NCBI GenBank assembly: GCA_964606695.1
Contig: CAZSHG010000001.1
Location: 22,239 to 86,238 of the forward strand
Reading direction: 5' to 3'
Source: an uncultured bacterium
GTDB taxonomy: Bacteria; UBP14; UBA6098
DNA: 64,000 nt
Numbering within the stretch: position 1 is the first letter of the stretch; each line of letters begins with the position of its first letter. Positions 1 through 9,128 of the stretch are shown in pieces. The translations under genes were made by a program, and so were the position numbers. The notes under the pieces were generated by a model. That model searched no databases. It was given only the letters and a program-made list of their open reading frames with translations, and was not told the DNA's origin.

Positions 1-1
1 C

Positions 2-379
2 GAAAACGATTTCGCGCGCCACGGTCTTTTATCGGCGGAACTGCTCGAAGCCGAGGGAATCGAGCCGGAGATAGTTCACGCGGTCAAAGCGCATCCCGCC
101 CACGAATCCTGCCCGCCGGAAAACAAGATGGACTGGGCACTTCACGCGGTCGATGGACTGACAGGGCTCGTCGTGTCTGCCACCTTAATGCACCCCGAAC
201 GCAAACTCAAAGCCGTCGATAAAGATTTCGTCCTGCGCCGTTTCGACGAGAAACGCTTTTCCGCCAACGTCGATCGCGACCAGATCCGCAAATGCGCCAA
301 TCTCGGCCTCGACCTCGACGAATTCGTCGAAATAACCCTCGGCGCAATGCAGTCCATCGATAAGGACTTGGGGCTGTAA
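2..379 (+). CDS. HD-domain phosphohydrolase-like protein, C-terminal fragment (gene begins upstream of window)
   Basis: Open frame runs from position 2 with no stop until 379. The translation (...IVHAVKAHPAHES...MDWALHAVDGLTGLV...) resembles the C-terminal region of HD/HDIG metal-dependent phosphohydrolases. Partial gene, so family assignment is tentative. Confidence 0.4.
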   Translation, partial: ENDFARHGLLSAELLEAEGIEPEIVHAVKAHPAHESCPPENKMDWALHAVDGLTGLVVSATLMHPERKLKAVDKDFVLRRFDEKRFSANVDRDQIRKCANLGLDLDEFVEITLGAMQSIDKDLGL

Positions 380-382
380 AAC

Positions 383-1642
383 ATGCCGGAGCGCACGCCG
401 AAAGGGGGAATCTTCGCATGGGCGATGTTCGATTTCGCCAACACGATATTTTCCATGAATGTCGTGTCGCTCTATTTCGCGGTTTTCATAGTTGATAATC
501 TGGGCGGCAAACCCATATATTACAGCATCGCAACCAGCGCCTCGATGATACTGGTAGTGTTCCTGTCTCCGCTTCTCGGCCATTGGACAGACATCGTGGG
601 CAGGCGAAAACCATCGTTATTAATTTCGACAATAATCTGTTGCGCCGCTACCGTCGCTATAGGTTTCTCCGCGAAGTTCGGTTCCGGCGCTTTCTTTTTA
701 TTGGCGATGTTCGTCGTTGCGAATACAGCCTTCCAACTCGGCCTCGTTTTTTACAATTCACTCCTGCCCGATATCGCTCCAACCGGTAAAATCGGGCTGG
801 TCAGCGGCATCGGAGTGGCACTTGGTTATCTTGGGGCAATATTCGGAATGCTGATGGTGATGCCATTCAACGAGGGAACGTTACTCGGCTGGAACATCCC
901 CTTTATAGAGGGCGGAGGCCGTTCCGCGACATTCATTCCCACGGCGATTCTTTTCTTCGTTTTCTCGATACCGACTTTCATCTGGGTGAAAGAAAAGTGC
1001 CGTCCTCAACCGTTATCGTGTGACGAGAAACCTTACGATAAAATAATCGAGACACTACGCGACTCGAAAAAATATCCCGGCATTCGGAGGTTTCTGGTCG
1101 CAACTTTCCTTTTCCAGGAGGGAATTCAGACCGCAATCGTGTTCATGGCGGTTTATGCGGACAAAGCTATGGGCATGCCCGATTCTGCCAAAGTCCCGTT
1201 TTTCATTGTATCGACAATAGGCGCGGCCGTGGGATCATGGATTTTCGGGAGATTAACCGACAGCTTCTCGCCGAAAAGAATCCTGTCCCTGGTGCTCATC
1301 GGCTGGGTCATTTCACTACTGCTACTCCTGCCGATTACGACGGAATTGCCGTTCTATGTCCTCGGCGTTGTTATCGGCGCGCTTCTGGGCGGCGTCCCCA
1401 CCGCCGCGCGACCGCTTCTACTGGAACTGACTCCTCCGGAAGCCGTGGGCAGGTTTTTCGGATTATATTCGCTCTCCGGCAAAGCCGCCGCGATAATCGG
1501 CCCCCTTATATGGGGAGCAGTAGTCCTGATACTCGAACCTCTTGGTGAAAATTTCGCATACCGGAGTGCTGTTGTAAGCTTGATAATCCTGATTATCTCC
1601 GGTTATTTTGTGCTACTACCGCTCAAACATAGGGCAAAATAA
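383..1642 (+). CDS. MFS transporter, UMF1/Atg22-like family
   Basis: 419-aa ORF with about 12 hydrophobic helices. N-terminus WAMFDFANTIF matches the Atg22/UMF1 MFS signature (YDFANSAF-like). ATG at 383 follows the upstream gene stop. Confidence 0.75.
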   Translation: MPERTPKGGIFAWAMFDFANTIFSMNVVSLYFAVFIVDNLGGKPIYYSIATSASMILVVFLSPLLGHWTDIVGRRKPSLLISTIICCAATVAIGFSAKFGSGAFFLLAMFVVANTAFQLGLVFYNSLLPDIAPTGKIGLVSGIGVALGYLGAIFGMLMVMPFNEGTLLGWNIPFIEGGGRSATFIPTAILFFVFSIPTFIWVKEKCRPQPLSCDEKPYDKIIETLRDSKKYPGIRRFLVATFLFQEGIQTAIVFMAVYADKAMGMPDSAKVPFFIVSTIGAAVGSWIFGRLTDSFSPKRILSLVLIGWVISLLLLLPITTELPFYVLGVVIGALLGGVPTAARPLLLELTPPEAVGRFFGLYSLSGKAAAIIGPLIWGAVVLILEPLGENFAYRSAVVSLIILIISGYFVLLPLKHRAK

Positions 1643-1669
1643 AAAAGCGCCGCGATAGCGGCGCTAATC
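1641..1669. terminator. Bidirectional rho-independent terminator hairpin (AGCGCCGC-GATA-GCGGCGCT) flanked by an A-run on + and a T-run on -
   Basis: Perfect 8-bp GC-rich stem with 4-nt loop at 1646-1665. It is preceded by AAAAA on the + strand and followed by TTTTTT when read on the - strand. It sits between convergent genes 383..1642(+) and 1695..2216(-). Confidence 0.7.
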
Positions 1670-1694
1670 TAAACAACACGGATTAAGAGTTAAC

Positions 1695-2216
1695 CTACTT
1701 GAGAAGTATTACTTTCCCGCTAAATTTCTGGTTGCCCATTGAGATGTTGTATAGATAGGTTCCGCTGGGTAATTCGCCAGCGTCGAAATCGAGGTTATAT
1801 GTTCCACGATTAACCTCTTTATTCTCTCCGTAAACCAATCTGCCATTGACATCGTAAAACCGCGCTAATAATAATCCCTGCTCAGGAACGCTAATTTCGA
1901 ATCGCGTAACGGCATTGAAGGGATTCGGATACGCCGATCCAATCTCGAGTTTGTCAGGCAGTTTCTGGTCCTCGGGGGGTTTTTCTTCGATGGCCATCGA
2001 ACTGCCCATCAATGCTCCGATGAAACCCGCGTAATTATTGAATGAACCTCCTGAAGACATGCAGATTACCGCCTGCCCGATCGAAGCGAGATTGCTATAT
2101 CCGCCGCCGGTTATTGTCCCGCCGCCATTATCCTGAACGTGGGCTTTCTCTTCCTGCGCGAAAACCGACGCACAGGTAAGAAAGAAAATAATCGTAATTG
2201 TTATAATAACCTTCAT
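1695..2216 (-). CDS. Small secreted Gly/Ser-rich protein with T9SS C-terminal sorting domain
   Basis: Signal peptide (MKVIITITIIFFLTCASVFAQ). Gly-rich central segment. C-terminal ~85 aa (AYPNPFNAVTRF...GRLVYGE...SGTYLYNISMGNQKFSGKVILLK) matches the Por_Secre_tail / T9SS CTD pattern. Confidence 0.7.
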   Translation of the reverse strand: MKVIITITIIFFLTCASVFAQEEKAHVQDNGGGTITGGGYSNLASIGQAVICMSSGGSFNNYAGFIGALMGSSMAIEEKPPEDQKLPDKLEIGSAYPNPFNAVTRFEISVPEQGLLLARFYDVNGRLVYGENKEVNRGTYNLDFDAGELPSGTYLYNISMGNQKFSGKVILLK

Positions 2217-2289
2217 AGAGATCTCCTTTATTTCAATTCATATAACAATATAAGATATGAGTTTTCAAAGGCAAGTTATTTTTAGAGAG

Positions 2290-2318
2290 AAAAAAGCCCC
2301 AAAAAACGGGAGGCTTTC
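2290..2318 (-). terminator. Rho-independent terminator downstream of the BNR-repeat lipoprotein gene
   Basis: Read on the - strand: AAAGCCTCCCGTTTTTTGGGGCTTTTTTCTC. This is an imperfect GC stem followed by a T-run, immediately after the stop at 2337. Confidence 0.55.
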
Positions 2319-2336
2319 TAAGCGAATTCTCTTTTC

Positions 2337-4352
2337 CTAACTTTTACCCAACTCGAGCACGATACTGCCGTTGCCGACAATCCAGGCATGCGATGAATCG
2401 AGTATGAAAATATCGTTCAGTGTTTCCTCGCTGAAACCTTCTAACTGTCGATACCAGGTCTCGCCACCATCGGCGGTATGCAATATATAACCGAATACGC
2501 CTGCAATCCAGCCCGTTTCGGTATCCGAAAAGGCCACCGATTTATATACACTCGAACTATGCATGGGCAAATCGAGAAGAGCCCAATTGTTACCGCCGTC
2601 GGTTGTTTTAATAACAGTTCCCAGATTCCCGCAAGCATACCCCACACTGGAATTGACCATGTCGATCGACATCAAGGTCTGATCCGTTCCGGAATCGAGC
2701 TGGCTCCATGTTTCGCCACCGTCGGTGGTTTTAATTATCACGCCGGTCTGGCCACTGGCAAAAGCGGTAGTTGCATTGACCACGTCCAAACCGAACAACT
2801 CTACCAAAACACCAGATTCTTTTGGCGTCTCCCAGTCTGTAGATTTAAGGACGATACCATTACTTCCCACGGCCAGTCCAGCAGAAGCGTCCAGAAATTC
2901 TATCTTGTTCAAACGGTATCCATAGAGACTGTCAACCGCAATCCATTCGCCTCCGCCGTCGGTTGTTTCCAGAATAGTAGCGAAGGTATCTATTGCTCCG
3001 TTGTAAGAGAATCCCACCGTCCAGCCGTTATTCTCGTCGGTGAAATAAATATCCTGCAATGACCGCGAGGTGTTGGCGTCCTGATGAAGCCAGGTTAATC
3101 CGCCATCCGTGGAATGAGCAATACGACCGGATTTGCCAACAAGCCAGCCCTCCATATTTGAAATGAAATAAATCCCGTTCAGGTTAACTCCACCGAGACC
3201 GTAACTTCTGAAATTCCAGGTTTCTCCTCCGTCGTATGTGACTTTTATCGCTCCGGAATTTCTCGAAGCATCGTTTCCGACAAGCCAGCCTTCGTCTTCA
3301 TCCAGGAAATTAAGATCGTTAATAACACCGGTAACATCGACATCGATTTCGTCCCAACTCGCTCCTCCATCGATGCTCTTCATAACTAACCCGTCATCGC
3401 CGATAATCCAGCCCAAACTTGGGGAAACGAAATTTATCTCTCCGGGAGTCTTATCTCCCTCAATATCGTCTGTAGGCGAGATATTGACCGTAAAATCGCC
3501 AATCGCGATATCAAAAATACTCCCGTCGGATATTATTATCCCGTTCTCCTCGTCGAAAGTATATATATCATACCACTTTACGGCGGATTCGATTACCAGC
3601 ATTTCCCAGCTTCCCGGATCCCCCCCTGCGTCTGAACGGAAAACGTAGAATTCTTCGTCCGTCTGGAGTGTATCGCAGAGAATATAAATTAAATCCTCAT
3701 CCGGTGCCCATCCACCGTAAAAATGCATTTTCTCCTGAGTAGCGTAAAGAGTTGTATCCACAACGCGAAGAGTCTCGCCGGTTTCGAGGTCTATTACGGC
3801 GTAATCTTCTATAAACGTATCGATAAGGACTTCTATATATTCCCAACTCACCCCTTGATCCAACGATCTTAGCAACGTTCCTTCATCGCCGCAAATAAAT
3901 AGAGGATTATCACCTCCGGTGACGGGCGTAATTATATCTTCAAGATCCCCTGAAGGAGCGCCGGCAGGGAAAGCATCAGTCCAACTCTGACCGTCATTGG
4001 TGGTCGTATATAACATCCCGCGTAAACCTATCATAATTCCGCGACTGCCCGCAAAATACATATCCGTAGCGTTTCTTTCAGATGAGGGATTCAGGGTTAC
4101 AATATCCCAGCTGTGTCCCCCGTCGTCCGTCAGATAGACATGTTCGTTATCGGCGCCAATCACCGCTTTATTATGCCCCAATGGCCAGATAGCTCCGGGC
4201 ACTTCAATTTCATTCACATCTACAAGCGACCAATATGTATTATCGGTTACTACGTCGTCGCCGTTATCCTCCGAACATCCGGCGAAGATGAAAATTGAAC
4301 TCACTATAAGGACGGATATTGCGAGTTTAAGCTTGTGCCAATTCTGAGTCAT
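2337..4352 (-). CDS. BNR/Asp-box repeat beta-propeller lipoprotein (Ycf48-like / sialidase-like fold)
   Basis: Lipoprotein signal (..IFIFAGCSEDNG). At least 9 Asp-box repeats of form S/T-x-D-G-G-x-T/S-W (TTNDGQSW, SLDQGVSW, SIDGGASW, TYDGGETW, STDGGLTW, TTDGGGEW, KTTDGGETW, KTTDGGNNW, HTADGGETW). Confidence 0.75.
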   Translation of the reverse strand: MTQNWHKLKLAISVLIVSSIFIFAGCSEDNGDDVVTDNTYWSLVDVNEIEVPGAIWPLGHNKAVIGADNEHVYLTDDGGHSWDIVTLNPSSERNATDMYFAGSRGIMIGLRGMLYTTTNDGQSWTDAFPAGAPSGDLEDIITPVTGGDNPLFICGDEGTLLRSLDQGVSWEYIEVLIDTFIEDYAVIDLETGETLRVVDTTLYATQEKMHFYGGWAPDEDLIYILCDTLQTDEEFYVFRSDAGGDPGSWEMLVIESAVKWYDIYTFDEENGIIISDGSIFDIAIGDFTVNISPTDDIEGDKTPGEINFVSPSLGWIIGDDGLVMKSIDGGASWDEIDVDVTGVINDLNFLDEDEGWLVGNDASRNSGAIKVTYDGGETWNFRSYGLGGVNLNGIYFISNMEGWLVGKSGRIAHSTDGGLTWLHQDANTSRSLQDIYFTDENNGWTVGFSYNGAIDTFATILETTDGGGEWIAVDSLYGYRLNKIEFLDASAGLAVGSNGIVLKSTDWETPKESGVLVELFGLDVVNATTAFASGQTGVIIKTTDGGETWSQLDSGTDQTLMSIDMVNSSVGYACGNLGTVIKTTDGGNNWALLDLPMHSSSVYKSVAFSDTETGWIAGVFGYILHTADGGETWYRQLEGFSEETLNDIFILDSSHAWIVGNGSIVLELGKS

Positions 4353-4548
4353 GTTATCTCCTTACTAAGAAGCCGTTCAAACATAGTCAATATATCAATA
4401 TATACCTCCGTATCCTGGTAGTCAATGTTTTTTTGTGTTTTATATGAACGGTAAAGAAAAGAGCGTTTTTTCAAAATTCAATCGTTCTTCGAAACTAATT
4501 ATTCCATTTAACGATATGTCCTTACGCAATTTTTCCGGGCGATAGGGC

Positions 4549-4587
4549 TTGACAAACAGGTGTGTTATTCGTTTATTATTTATATTG
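4549..4587 (+). promoter_or_regulatory. Candidate sigma70-like promoter (TTGACA -35) upstream of dapA
   Basis: TTGACA at 4549-4554, followed by AT-rich TATTAT/TATATT candidates 17-27 nt downstream. It lies in the divergent intergenic region between 4352 and 4622. The -10 assignment is ambiguous. Confidence 0.25.
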
Positions 4588-4621
4588 TATTTTGGGATTA
4601 AATGGAATTAGGTGTTATTCA

Positions 4622-5491
4622 ATGTTTAACGGCACAACAGTAGCGTTAGTTACGCCCTTCAAATCGAACGGCGAAATCGATTATGAGACGCTTCGATCTC
4701 TGGCGCAATTTCACCAAAAATCAGGAACCGATTGTATTCTGCTTGCGGGTTGCACCGGTGAGAGCTTTACGCTCGGCGACGAAGAGAGAATCGATATGTT
4801 GAAATCCGTCCGGGATAAAATCGGCGATTCCATGCCGCTTATTCTGGGAACCGGGGCATCATCGACGAAAGTGGCGGTTCGAAGGACGACGGAGGCCCTC
4901 GAAGCCGGCGCGGACGGCGCACTCGTTATTACTCCCTTCGGCAACAAACCGAGCCAGCACGCCCTTGTCGATTACTTCCGCGAGGTTGCCGATATAGGAT
5001 TGCCAATTATTCTTTATAACGTCCCGGGGCGGACGGGAACGACTATTTTACCTCAGACGGCCATCAAGCTTGCCAAACACCCAAATATCGTGGCGATTAA
5101 GGAGGCTTCGGGTTCATTGGATGCAGTCGCGGAAATCATCGCCGGATCGAACCTTGTAGTCCTTTCAGGCGACGATTCCCTTACCGTCCCAATGATATCT
5201 ATCGGCGCAAAGGGAGTCATTTCGACAACGGCTAATCTGCTCCCCCGATACTTTTCGGAAATGGTATCCGCCGCGTTGCAAGGCGATTTCAAAAAGGCCG
5301 CCATACTCCATCTTAAGCTTTTTCCCATTATGAAAGCGCTTTTCATCGAAGGCAATCCCGTTCCATTGAAAACCGCGATGGCGTTTGCGCAACTTATTCC
5401 AGAACCTATCTTCAGACCTCCTTTGGCCGGCATTTCTGAATCCAACTTAACCAAATTGAAAATTAAATTAGAAGAATACGGTGCGATTTGA
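4622..5491 (+). CDS. dapA: 4-hydroxy-tetrahydrodipicolinate synthase
   Basis: MFNGTTVALVTPF...GTTGE-type N-terminus (CTGESFTL here) and the active-site Lys context AIKEASG. DHDPS/NAL family. The ORF track begins at a GTG at 4562; the ATG at 4622 fits the family N-terminus better. Confidence 0.9.
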   Translation: MFNGTTVALVTPFKSNGEIDYETLRSLAQFHQKSGTDCILLAGCTGESFTLGDEERIDMLKSVRDKIGDSMPLILGTGASSTKVAVRRTTEALEAGADGALVITPFGNKPSQHALVDYFREVADIGLPIILYNVPGRTGTTILPQTAIKLAKHPNIVAIKEASGSLDAVAEIIAGSNLVVLSGDDSLTVPMISIGAKGVISTTANLLPRYFSEMVSAALQGDFKKAAILHLKLFPIMKALFIEGNPVPLKTAMAFAQLIPEPIFRPPLAGISESNLTKLKIKLEEYGAI

Positions 5492-6273
5492 GTATCAAAC
5501 TTGCAATTAACGGTTCAGCTGGAAGAATGGGCAAGATGCTGGTAACACTTGCTCAAAAAGACGAGAGATTCTCGATTACGGCGGCTCTGGAAAAGGAAGC
5601 TAATCTATTCCTTGGTTCCGACGCTGGATTAACGGCCGGAATTAGCCAGATAGGCATTAATATTACGAAAGAGGCTTCCGATTTCGACGTCATAATAGAT
5701 TTCAGCGATCCCTACGGGACTCTCACCGCCCTGGATTTAGCTCTGGATAAAGGCTCTGCGCTTGTTGTCGGGACTACAGGTCTCGACGATTCGACAATCG
5801 AAATATTAAAAACCGTTTCCGAAGAAATCGGCATTTTTATTGCGAGTAATTTCTCTCGCGGAATTGCACTGTGCAAAGAAATTTCCGCCAGAACAGCTAC
5901 CGGACTTCCCAATGCCGACATCGAACTTGTCGAAGCCCATCACAGAAACAAGATCGATGCCCCCAGCGGAACCGCCCTGGATTTAGCTCGTGGACTTGCC
6001 GCGACCCGCAAACTCGATTTCGATGAGCAGGTTATTTACGGAAGAAAAGGCCGCACCGGACCCCGGGAAGCTGACGAAATAGCGATAAATACAATCCGTG
6101 GCGGTGGAATCGTCGGCGAACACAGAATTATATTTGCTTCGCCTTTTGAGACCGTTGTTATCGAACACCGGGCTATTTCGCGAGCGCTATTTGCCGCGGG
6201 TGCATTGGACGCCGCTGAATTCGTTTACGGCAAAAAAGGCTTTTTTGATATGAATGATCTTATAAACAATTAA
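5488..6273 (+). CDS. dapB: 4-hydroxy-tetrahydrodipicolinate reductase
   Basis: N-terminal NAD(P)-binding motif INGSAGRMGK. Signature E(L/I)VEAHHRNKIDAPSGTAL present. TTG start overlaps the dapA stop (TTGA), consistent with an operon. Confidence 0.9.
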   Translation: MSIKLAINGSAGRMGKMLVTLAQKDERFSITAALEKEANLFLGSDAGLTAGISQIGINITKEASDFDVIIDFSDPYGTLTALDLALDKGSALVVGTTGLDDSTIEILKTVSEEIGIFIASNFSRGIALCKEISARTATGLPNADIELVEAHHRNKIDAPSGTALDLARGLAATRKLDFDEQVIYGRKGRTGPREADEIAINTIRGGGIVGEHRIIFASPFETVVIEHRAISRALFAAGALDAAEFVYGKKGFFDMNDLINN

Positions 6274-6287
6274 TATTCAGGAGCATT

Positions 6288-8138
6288 GTGAAAAAACAAA
6301 GTATGTTACTACTATTTTTAATCGCGGGCGCGATACTGGCGCAATGGCCTGCCCCAAGCGGGCTTGTTGCTTATTCATTTTTCGAGGATCACATCACACT
6401 CGAATGGACACCTCCCCCGCCGATCATCATCTCCGATACCCTCATATACGACACCGGCCCCGGTGGAGGTGGGATAGATCTGGACAGCGGAATGTGCGCA
6501 GTGAGATTCACTCCAGCCGAAGAATGTAGTATCCTCTCAGTTCAGTTCAGACTCCAAGCAATGCTGGGAATAAGGGCGATTAACCTGAATATGTATGGCG
6601 TCAACGCCCTCGGATTGCCCGATTATTCCGACGTCGTTCTACCCACCAGATACACTTCAGCGACCGTCGGCTGGAACATAAGCGACGTCAGCGATGCGGG
6701 AATAGTCGTTGACGACGAATTCTTTGTAAGGATTTCCAAAGGCGATACGCTCCCAGAGATGCTCCTTATCGCCGATGACGAGATTAATCCCTCCGATCCG
6801 AGATCGTATCAATACCATTACATGTATGGATGGAGACAGCTTGCGGGGGATCTCCTGGTTCGCATCGAAGTCCTGTATAGGGATTCCGGCACCAGAGCAA
6901 CTCTCGTCGGCACGCCTGTAAAATCTACGTTTGAACTCGCACCAGAACATCTCGGCGGTTTCTCCGAACCATACCATCCCGCTCCAACGCCACGGTTAAG
7001 GCCGACGGAATCGACTTCACTGATTACGCCCTGCACCTACAGCATTTATAAATCGGGCACTTACGGCCCCCCGCTACCCTTTTATGCTACGGTTCCCGGA
7101 AGCGTCACAACCTTCGATGATTATTCCGTTACTCCCGGCCACACGTATTATTATACGATCAAAGCCGATTACGACAGCGGAGCCGCGCATAGCCCCCCAT
7201 GCGATACCGTCGCGGGGACGGCCTACGAAAGCGTCGCTTCTCTGGTTTACGATACGCTACGCTACGACGACGGCGTTCCATCGGCGGGAGTTACATTCCC
7301 CGGCGCCGTTATAGCCAACAAATTTCACGTCGATAATAGATGCAAACTCCTCGCCCTGGATTATCATGTCAACGCGGCCGGCTTCGGTTCGCCTAAATTC
7401 TATTGGGACGAGGGCGACGAACCGGGCGAAGACATCCTCGACTACGGTGATTACCTTCTCGGTTCAACCGGTTGGGCGAGAATAAACGTCGCCATGGAGA
7501 ATATCATCCTCGACGGCGATTTCTACATTGGAATCGAGATGGACGCTATGCTCGGAATATCCCTGGAAAACTATCATACCGGATATGCATGGGACTACCC
7601 GCCCGGCGGCCCCTGGAGTCAAATCCCCGATACTATTTATTACATCCGAGCTTTGATTCAATACGCCGACAGCAATGCATATTATCATCTTTATCCCGGC
7701 TGGAATGCGGTAAGTCTGCCGATAATCCCTCATGGAGGATTATCGCCTTCGGTCGCCTTCCCGACTGCGGAATTCATATTCGACTGGAACGCCGATTCGA
7801 TGGGCTATATCGTGCCGGAAAACCTCGCGCCGGGACAGGGCTATTTCATTTATGTCCCGGAAGAAGTCAGTTATTCTGTTACCGGCGTCCCCATCCATTT
7901 ATATACCCTGATGAATGCCGGACCGGGATGGGAATTCATCGGCAGTCTATCAAAATACGACGGTGTCGATACTACGGGAATATCCGAAACACCGGACGAT
8001 ATAATTAGCCATAGGATATTCTATTATTACGATAGGTCTTCGGGTTCCGGGAATTATCAAATAAAAAGGAAATTCATGCCCGGCGAAGCTTACTGGATAC
8101 TATTCGACGACGAAGGCCTGTTTGAACTAAGAGAATAA
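6288..8138 (+). CDS. Secreted protein with internally duplicated ~150-aa N-terminal domains, a fibronectin-III-like segment and a C-terminal 'GWN' module
   Basis: GTG start with AGGAG 7 nt upstream. Signal peptide MKKQSMLLLFLIAGAILAQ. Two homologous segments (...LIYDTGPGGGGIDLDSGMCAVRF... / ...LVYDTLRYDDGVPSAGVTFPGAVIANKF...). C-terminal 148 aa share the GWNxVSLP...PGQGYF...GPGWEFIG pattern with the S8 peptidase and the 3109-aa protein. No T9SS CTD. Confidence 0.7.
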   Translation: MKKQSMLLLFLIAGAILAQWPAPSGLVAYSFFEDHITLEWTPPPPIIISDTLIYDTGPGGGGIDLDSGMCAVRFTPAEECSILSVQFRLQAMLGIRAINLNMYGVNALGLPDYSDVVLPTRYTSATVGWNISDVSDAGIVVDDEFFVRISKGDTLPEMLLIADDEINPSDPRSYQYHYMYGWRQLAGDLLVRIEVLYRDSGTRATLVGTPVKSTFELAPEHLGGFSEPYHPAPTPRLRPTESTSLITPCTYSIYKSGTYGPPLPFYATVPGSVTTFDDYSVTPGHTYYYTIKADYDSGAAHSPPCDTVAGTAYESVASLVYDTLRYDDGVPSAGVTFPGAVIANKFHVDNRCKLLALDYHVNAAGFGSPKFYWDEGDEPGEDILDYGDYLLGSTGWARINVAMENIILDGDFYIGIEMDAMLGISLENYHTGYAWDYPPGGPWSQIPDTIYYIRALIQYADSNAYYHLYPGWNAVSLPIIPHGGLSPSVAFPTAEFIFDWNADSMGYIVPENLAPGQGYFIYVPEEVSYSVTGVPIHLYTLMNAGPGWEFIGSLSKYDGVDTTGISETPDDIISHRIFYYYDRSSGSGNYQIKRKFMPGEAYWILFDDEGLFELRE

Positions 8139-8150
8139 AAAGGGAGAAAT

Positions 8151-9119
8151 ATGAGAAAAATAACATTCCTGATTGCGATATCCTTGATTGCAAATGCCGC
8201 GTTCGCAGGAATGATAATGGGCACCCTCATCGCCCCTGGGACACCGACGGATACGGCCTATGTCTTCGTCTTCCACGATTTCTCAACGCTGATGGATACC
8301 GCTTTCTTCTGGACTACGACGGTTCCCCCCGACTATGATTTCGTCTTCGATGACCCGGCGATAATAGACGACTACGATTATAATGTCATGGGATTGATCC
8401 CCTCGGGCTTGATGCCGGAAAGCGGAGACCCCGCCGGACAGTATCCGGATAATCCATTCAGAATTAGCGGCGGTCTGATAACAGGCGTGGACGTCGAATT
8501 AGCCGAAACCGGCGGTGTCGATGGACGGATTACCTACAGCGGCGGTTCGGATTCACTCAAGATCGATTTCTATAACCAATATCCAGTGTTATTCGGAGGT
8601 TCGCCCTCTCTCGATGGAACCTGGCCGGTAACCGATACCGGATTTACTCTGGATAGTATCCCCTCAGGTACCAAAACCGCCATCGCGTGGTCGGATGTGA
8701 ACGGAAACGACATGTGCGATACAACAGGCTTCGTGGATGAACCACATGCCTGGTTTAGTAACGACATGGAGGGAATTTTCATTGTCGGCGGCGGAGTAAA
8801 TATGGAAATCGACTTTAACCTCGATCTCGGTGAGGTAGCTGAAAGCGAAAGACAACCTACCGACTTTGGAATAAGATGTTTCCCAAATCCGTTTAATTCC
8901 ACCGTTTCAATTCTGGTAGCCAGTAACGGTAAACCGTTAGAAATTGAAATATACGACGCCCTGGGTAAACTGGTCGATAGAGTCGCAGAGAGGGAGGCTT
9001 TCACCGGGTTTTCACTGTTGCGCTATAATCCGCCCGAAAATATGGCTTCGGGTGTTTATCTGGTCAAAGCCACAAGTGGCAAAATAACAAAAACGCAAAA
9101 TATAGTTTACACGAAGTAG
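8151..9119 (+). CDS. Secreted protein with T9SS C-terminal sorting domain
   Basis: Signal peptide MRKITFLIAISLIANAAFA. C-terminus CFPNPFNSTVSIL...IEIYDALGKLVDR...SGVYLVKATSGKITKTQNIVYTK matches Por_Secre_tail. RBS AAGGGAG upstream of ATG at 8151. Confidence 0.7.
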   Translation: MRKITFLIAISLIANAAFAGMIMGTLIAPGTPTDTAYVFVFHDFSTLMDTAFFWTTTVPPDYDFVFDDPAIIDDYDYNVMGLIPSGLMPESGDPAGQYPDNPFRISGGLITGVDVELAETGGVDGRITYSGGSDSLKIDFYNQYPVLFGGSPSLDGTWPVTDTGFTLDSIPSGTKTAIAWSDVNGNDMCDTTGFVDEPHAWFSNDMEGIFIVGGGVNMEIDFNLDLGEVAESERQPTDFGIRCFPNPFNSTVSILVASNGKPLEIEIYDALGKLVDRVAEREAFTGFSLLRYNPPENMASGVYLVKATSGKITKTQNIVYTK

Positions 9120-9128
9120 AGGTCGATT

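Noticed and set aside
583-1548. Small overlapping ORFs (68 aa, 103 aa) within the MFS transporter gene
   Set aside because: Alternative frames of a well-supported 12-TM transporter ORF. Arg-rich, low-complexity translations.
3238-3648. 136-aa + strand ORF inside the BNR-repeat lipoprotein gene
   Set aside because: Antisense to a gene with nine clear Asp-box repeats. The translation is Ser/Pro/Ile-rich low complexity with no start context.
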